Assembly: GCA_964036045.1 (NCBI GenBank)
Contig: OZ038378.1
Coordinates: 189,100,001-189,164,000 of the forward strand
Origin: Eutreptiella sp. 'Long Island Sound 2002'
Lineage: Eukaryota > Protista > Euglenida
Direction of reading: 5' to 3'
DNA: 64,000 nucleotides
Each line of letters starts with the position of its first letter. Position 1 is the first letter of the stretch. Shown one piece after another: positions 61,427-64,000 of the stretch. The notes below the pieces were generated by a model. It had not been told where the DNA came from. It saw only the letters and a program-made list of their open reading frames with translations, and searched no databases. Position numbers and translations under genes: made by a program.

Positions 61427-61588
61427 ATGTGGACTGCATCAGCAGTTGGAGCCCTTGGTCAACCTGCACTCAAACGTGCGGTGGAGGCACGCGAATCCGT
61501 ATACTTACCATTACCACACATCCTTCCGGGGCTGGAACACGGTGTCCGGCAACCAAGGAAACCGAAACCTGCAATACTCAGCCCTGCA
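61427..61588 (+). CDS. Exon: TSP1 repeat, phase 1-1
   Basis: 245-bp period. Confidence 0.93.
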
Positions 61589-62518
61589 GTATGACCCCCA
61601 TGCATGTGCATTTCTGCTCCGGGAAGCTCAACGCTCACCCAGTGTGCCGAATGAGGCACGGATTGTGCATGCGTCTTCATTTTGTTGTGGCCAAAGCCCT
61701 TTCCCCCCGTTTCGGGTACGGAAACAGACCCCCTGCCAAACCGTCAAAAGAAAGAAGCACGGCAGTACAGCAGACGACACCCAGGGTTTTTGAATATGTC
61801 TCCACGTGACGAAGGAACGATGCAGACATTTTCTTGGAAGTTCGCAGGAAATTGGCATTGAGAAATGCAGAAATACGTTTTGCGGACGCGATGGCATCTG
61901 CGTCACAACGGGGCAAGGGAAACAAAAGTCGTCGTGGCGCTGGGGACACAAGGGACATCACCCATTTTTCCAAGCCAATGACCAATAGGGCACACGACAG
62001 CATTTTGTTGTGGGCTTTTGCTATTGTCCACTCTGTTCCCCACTTCCCCACATCACCGGCAGTCCCTCTTCTTCAAGCAGCGAATGGGTTGCACAATGGA
62101 GGAATGCGTGTGGAATCTGCGACAGGACTGCTGCTGCCCCGGAACTGCATTGTACAGCGGTGGTCATGTTTTTGTGCGTGTTTGTGTGACGGTGCCCTTT
62201 TGATTTTTGTGATCAGATCGTCTGTATGAGTGTGGGGCCGTGGGTGTGTGGCCTGTGCCTGGGATGTGTCTGACCGCAATCAAAGATGCCTCTGCCTGTT
62301 TTGACTTTTATTCATATACTCGCCATATTGGCGCATCAGGCGGGGGTGCCTTCCAGACTGCGGCCATGGAGATGTGCACTACGGATCATGAACAGAGGTC
62401 TGGGGTCGTCTGGCGAAGAGTTCCCCCCGCAGAGAAAACGCGTACTGTGGGACAGCAGGATTTGTGGGTTGAGGTTTGCTTTGCATGGGGACGGCGATAC
62501 GCTGTGTTTGTGCCGCAG

Positions 62519-62674
62519 GTGGGACTTTGTGGATGTGGGGGAACAATGCGAGTGGGCAATTGGGTGATGGGACAACTGTCTACAAGTTTAGCCCCGTGCA
62601 AGTGACAATCGCACGCTGCAGTACAATTTCTGCGATTGCTCTGGGCGGATATCATTCTGCCGCATTATGTGCCG
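62519..62674 (+). CDS. Exon: RCC1 repeat, phase 1-1, 156 bp
   Basis: GCCGCAG|GT..TGTGCCG|GTATG; GTLWMWGNNASGQLGDGT..SPVQV..ISAIALGGYHSAAL. Confidence 0.92.
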
Positions 62675-62939
62675 GTATGTGTGTGCCATGGAGGGTCTTC
62701 TGGTGCAGGTCTGTGCTGCCCCCCGACGTGCATTGATTAGATGGGGTGTTTGGGTGTGAGGCCGCAGGTCCGTTTTGCGCTGTGTCAATGGGAAGGGGAC
62801 GTCGGAGCGGATCACAAGGGTACATAGCGCATGATGTTTGCTTCTGAATCCGCCAAATACACGTATTGTGGGGCAGCAGGATTTATGGGTTGTGGTTTGT
62901 GTTTGCATTGGGCAGTGATATGCTGTGGTTGTGCCACAG

Positions 62940-63095
62940 ATGGGACTTTGTGGATGTGGGGGAACAATGCGCATGAGCAATTGGGTGATGGGACAACTGT
63001 CAACAAGAAGAGCCCTGTGCAAGTGACGATCGCACGCTGCAGTACGATTTCTGCGATTGCTCTGGGCGGATTCCATTCTGCCGCATTATGTGCCG
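62940..63095 (+). CDS. Exon: RCC1 repeat, phase 1-1, 156 bp
   Basis: GCCACAG|AT..TGTGCCG|GTATG; GTLWMWGNNAHEQLGDGT. Confidence 0.92.
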
Positions 63096-63237
63096 GTATG
63101 TGTGTGCCATGGAGGGTCTTCTGGTGCAGGTCTGTGCTGCCCCCGAATGCATCACCGTACGGCTTCTGGGGCAGCACGATGTATGGGTTGCGGTTTGGCT
63201 TGCATAGGGCCATTGACACGCTGTGGTTGTGCCACAG

Positions 63238-63393
63238 ATGGGACTTTGTGGATGTGGGGGAGGAATCAGGACGGGCAATTGGGTGATGGGACAACTGCCG
63301 CCAGAAAGAACCCTGTGCAAGTGACGATCGCACGCTGCAGCACGATTTCTGCGATTGCTCTGGGCAAGGCGCATTCTGCCGCATTATGTGCCG
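63238..63393 (+). CDS. Exon: RCC1 repeat, phase 1-1, 156 bp
   Basis: GCCACAG|AT..TGTGCCG|GTATG; GTLWMWGRNQDGQLGDGT. Confidence 0.92.
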
Positions 63394-64000
63394 GTATGTG
63401 TGCGCCATGGAGGGTCTTCTGGTGCAGGTCTGTGCTGCCCCGGGACGTGCAATGCATTGCATCGCAGGTCTGTGAACAGAACAGAACAGACATGTGTGTC
63501 ACCTGGGTCTTCGTGACGGGGGCACCTGGGGGCATTTCACGCACGGTGCGCAGGCCGAGCCCACATTGGACCATTCGCCTCCCCCGCTGATACGTACCCC
63601 AAGCCCTTTCTCCTCCAGGAATTCTATTGCAACGTCTCCTCTTGCTGATTATCTCCATGAAAAGGATAAGCCCCTGCATGTTAAGAGCATTGTGTGCTCA
63701 AGTGATGTGCGGCCGTGGTGTTTCGGGCATATAGTGTACCGGAGAGCTCAGGTCCTGCCTTTCAAACACCGTTTCGTTCACATGATCGAAGCAATGGAAG
63801 ATGTCCCGAAAATAGTGAGCCAGTTTCTTGCTTTACTCAGCAGAATGAAGGAAATGAAGATGCCATTGACTTTTGTGGCTCACTATAGGCATCTTGTATA
63901 TGATCTTAGTGCAAGTTTTCAGAAGCAATACGGGGGACCTACAAACCCCTTGGGTTGTTTTGAATTTGTAGAATGAAACACTGCAGAGCTAGCAGGTAGT

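Larger units (their letters stand above)
60725..61950 (+). repeat. Segmental duplication block C (partial; stops just before the half-SRCR exon)
   Basis: Matches 46559 onward; diverges after AAGGGACAT near 61950. Confidence 0.9.

Noticed and set aside
46656-61809. Unspliced ORFs running through TSP1 units as the true protein
   Set aside because: The 83-bp intron shifts frame each unit; only the spliced reading gives consecutive TSP1 domains
33854-63393. Euglenid-type non-canonical introns
   Set aside because: All domain exons are fully explained by GT-AG borders; no non-canonical junction is needed

Overview
Repeat-dense, GC-rich eukaryotic genomic DNA with GT-AG introns. A euglenozoan (euglenid-like) origin is my inference from the telomere-like TTAGGG variants, the gag-then-recombinase retroelements and the general look of the repeats; it is not proven here. 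The first ~33 kb are almost all mobile elements and satellites: two decayed tyrosine-recombinase retroelement copies, LINE remnants, three stacked minisatellites, and a ~1.2-kb repeat in head-to-tail and inverted copies with telomere-like linkers. They also hold a complete 6.37-kb Mutator-like unit (8477-14850, terminal inverted repeats, exact 9-bp target duplication) carrying ~49 copies of an 85-bp satellite and a Ulp1/C48-type protease ORF with an apparently intact catalytic triad. From 33.8 kb the + strand carries a one-domain-per-exon gene in which every exon is a symmetric phase-1/phase-1 cassette: 6 SRCR, 8 intact TSP1, 2 copies of an unassigned ~104-aa Cys/Trp/Tyr-rich module, 2 half-SRCR mini-exons and 3 RCC1 repeats. 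It has grown by duplication at three scales: 245-bp exon+intron units, ~0.9-kb SRCR cassettes and 6.5-7.7-kb segments. Most ORFs in the supplied track are spurious products of repeats.
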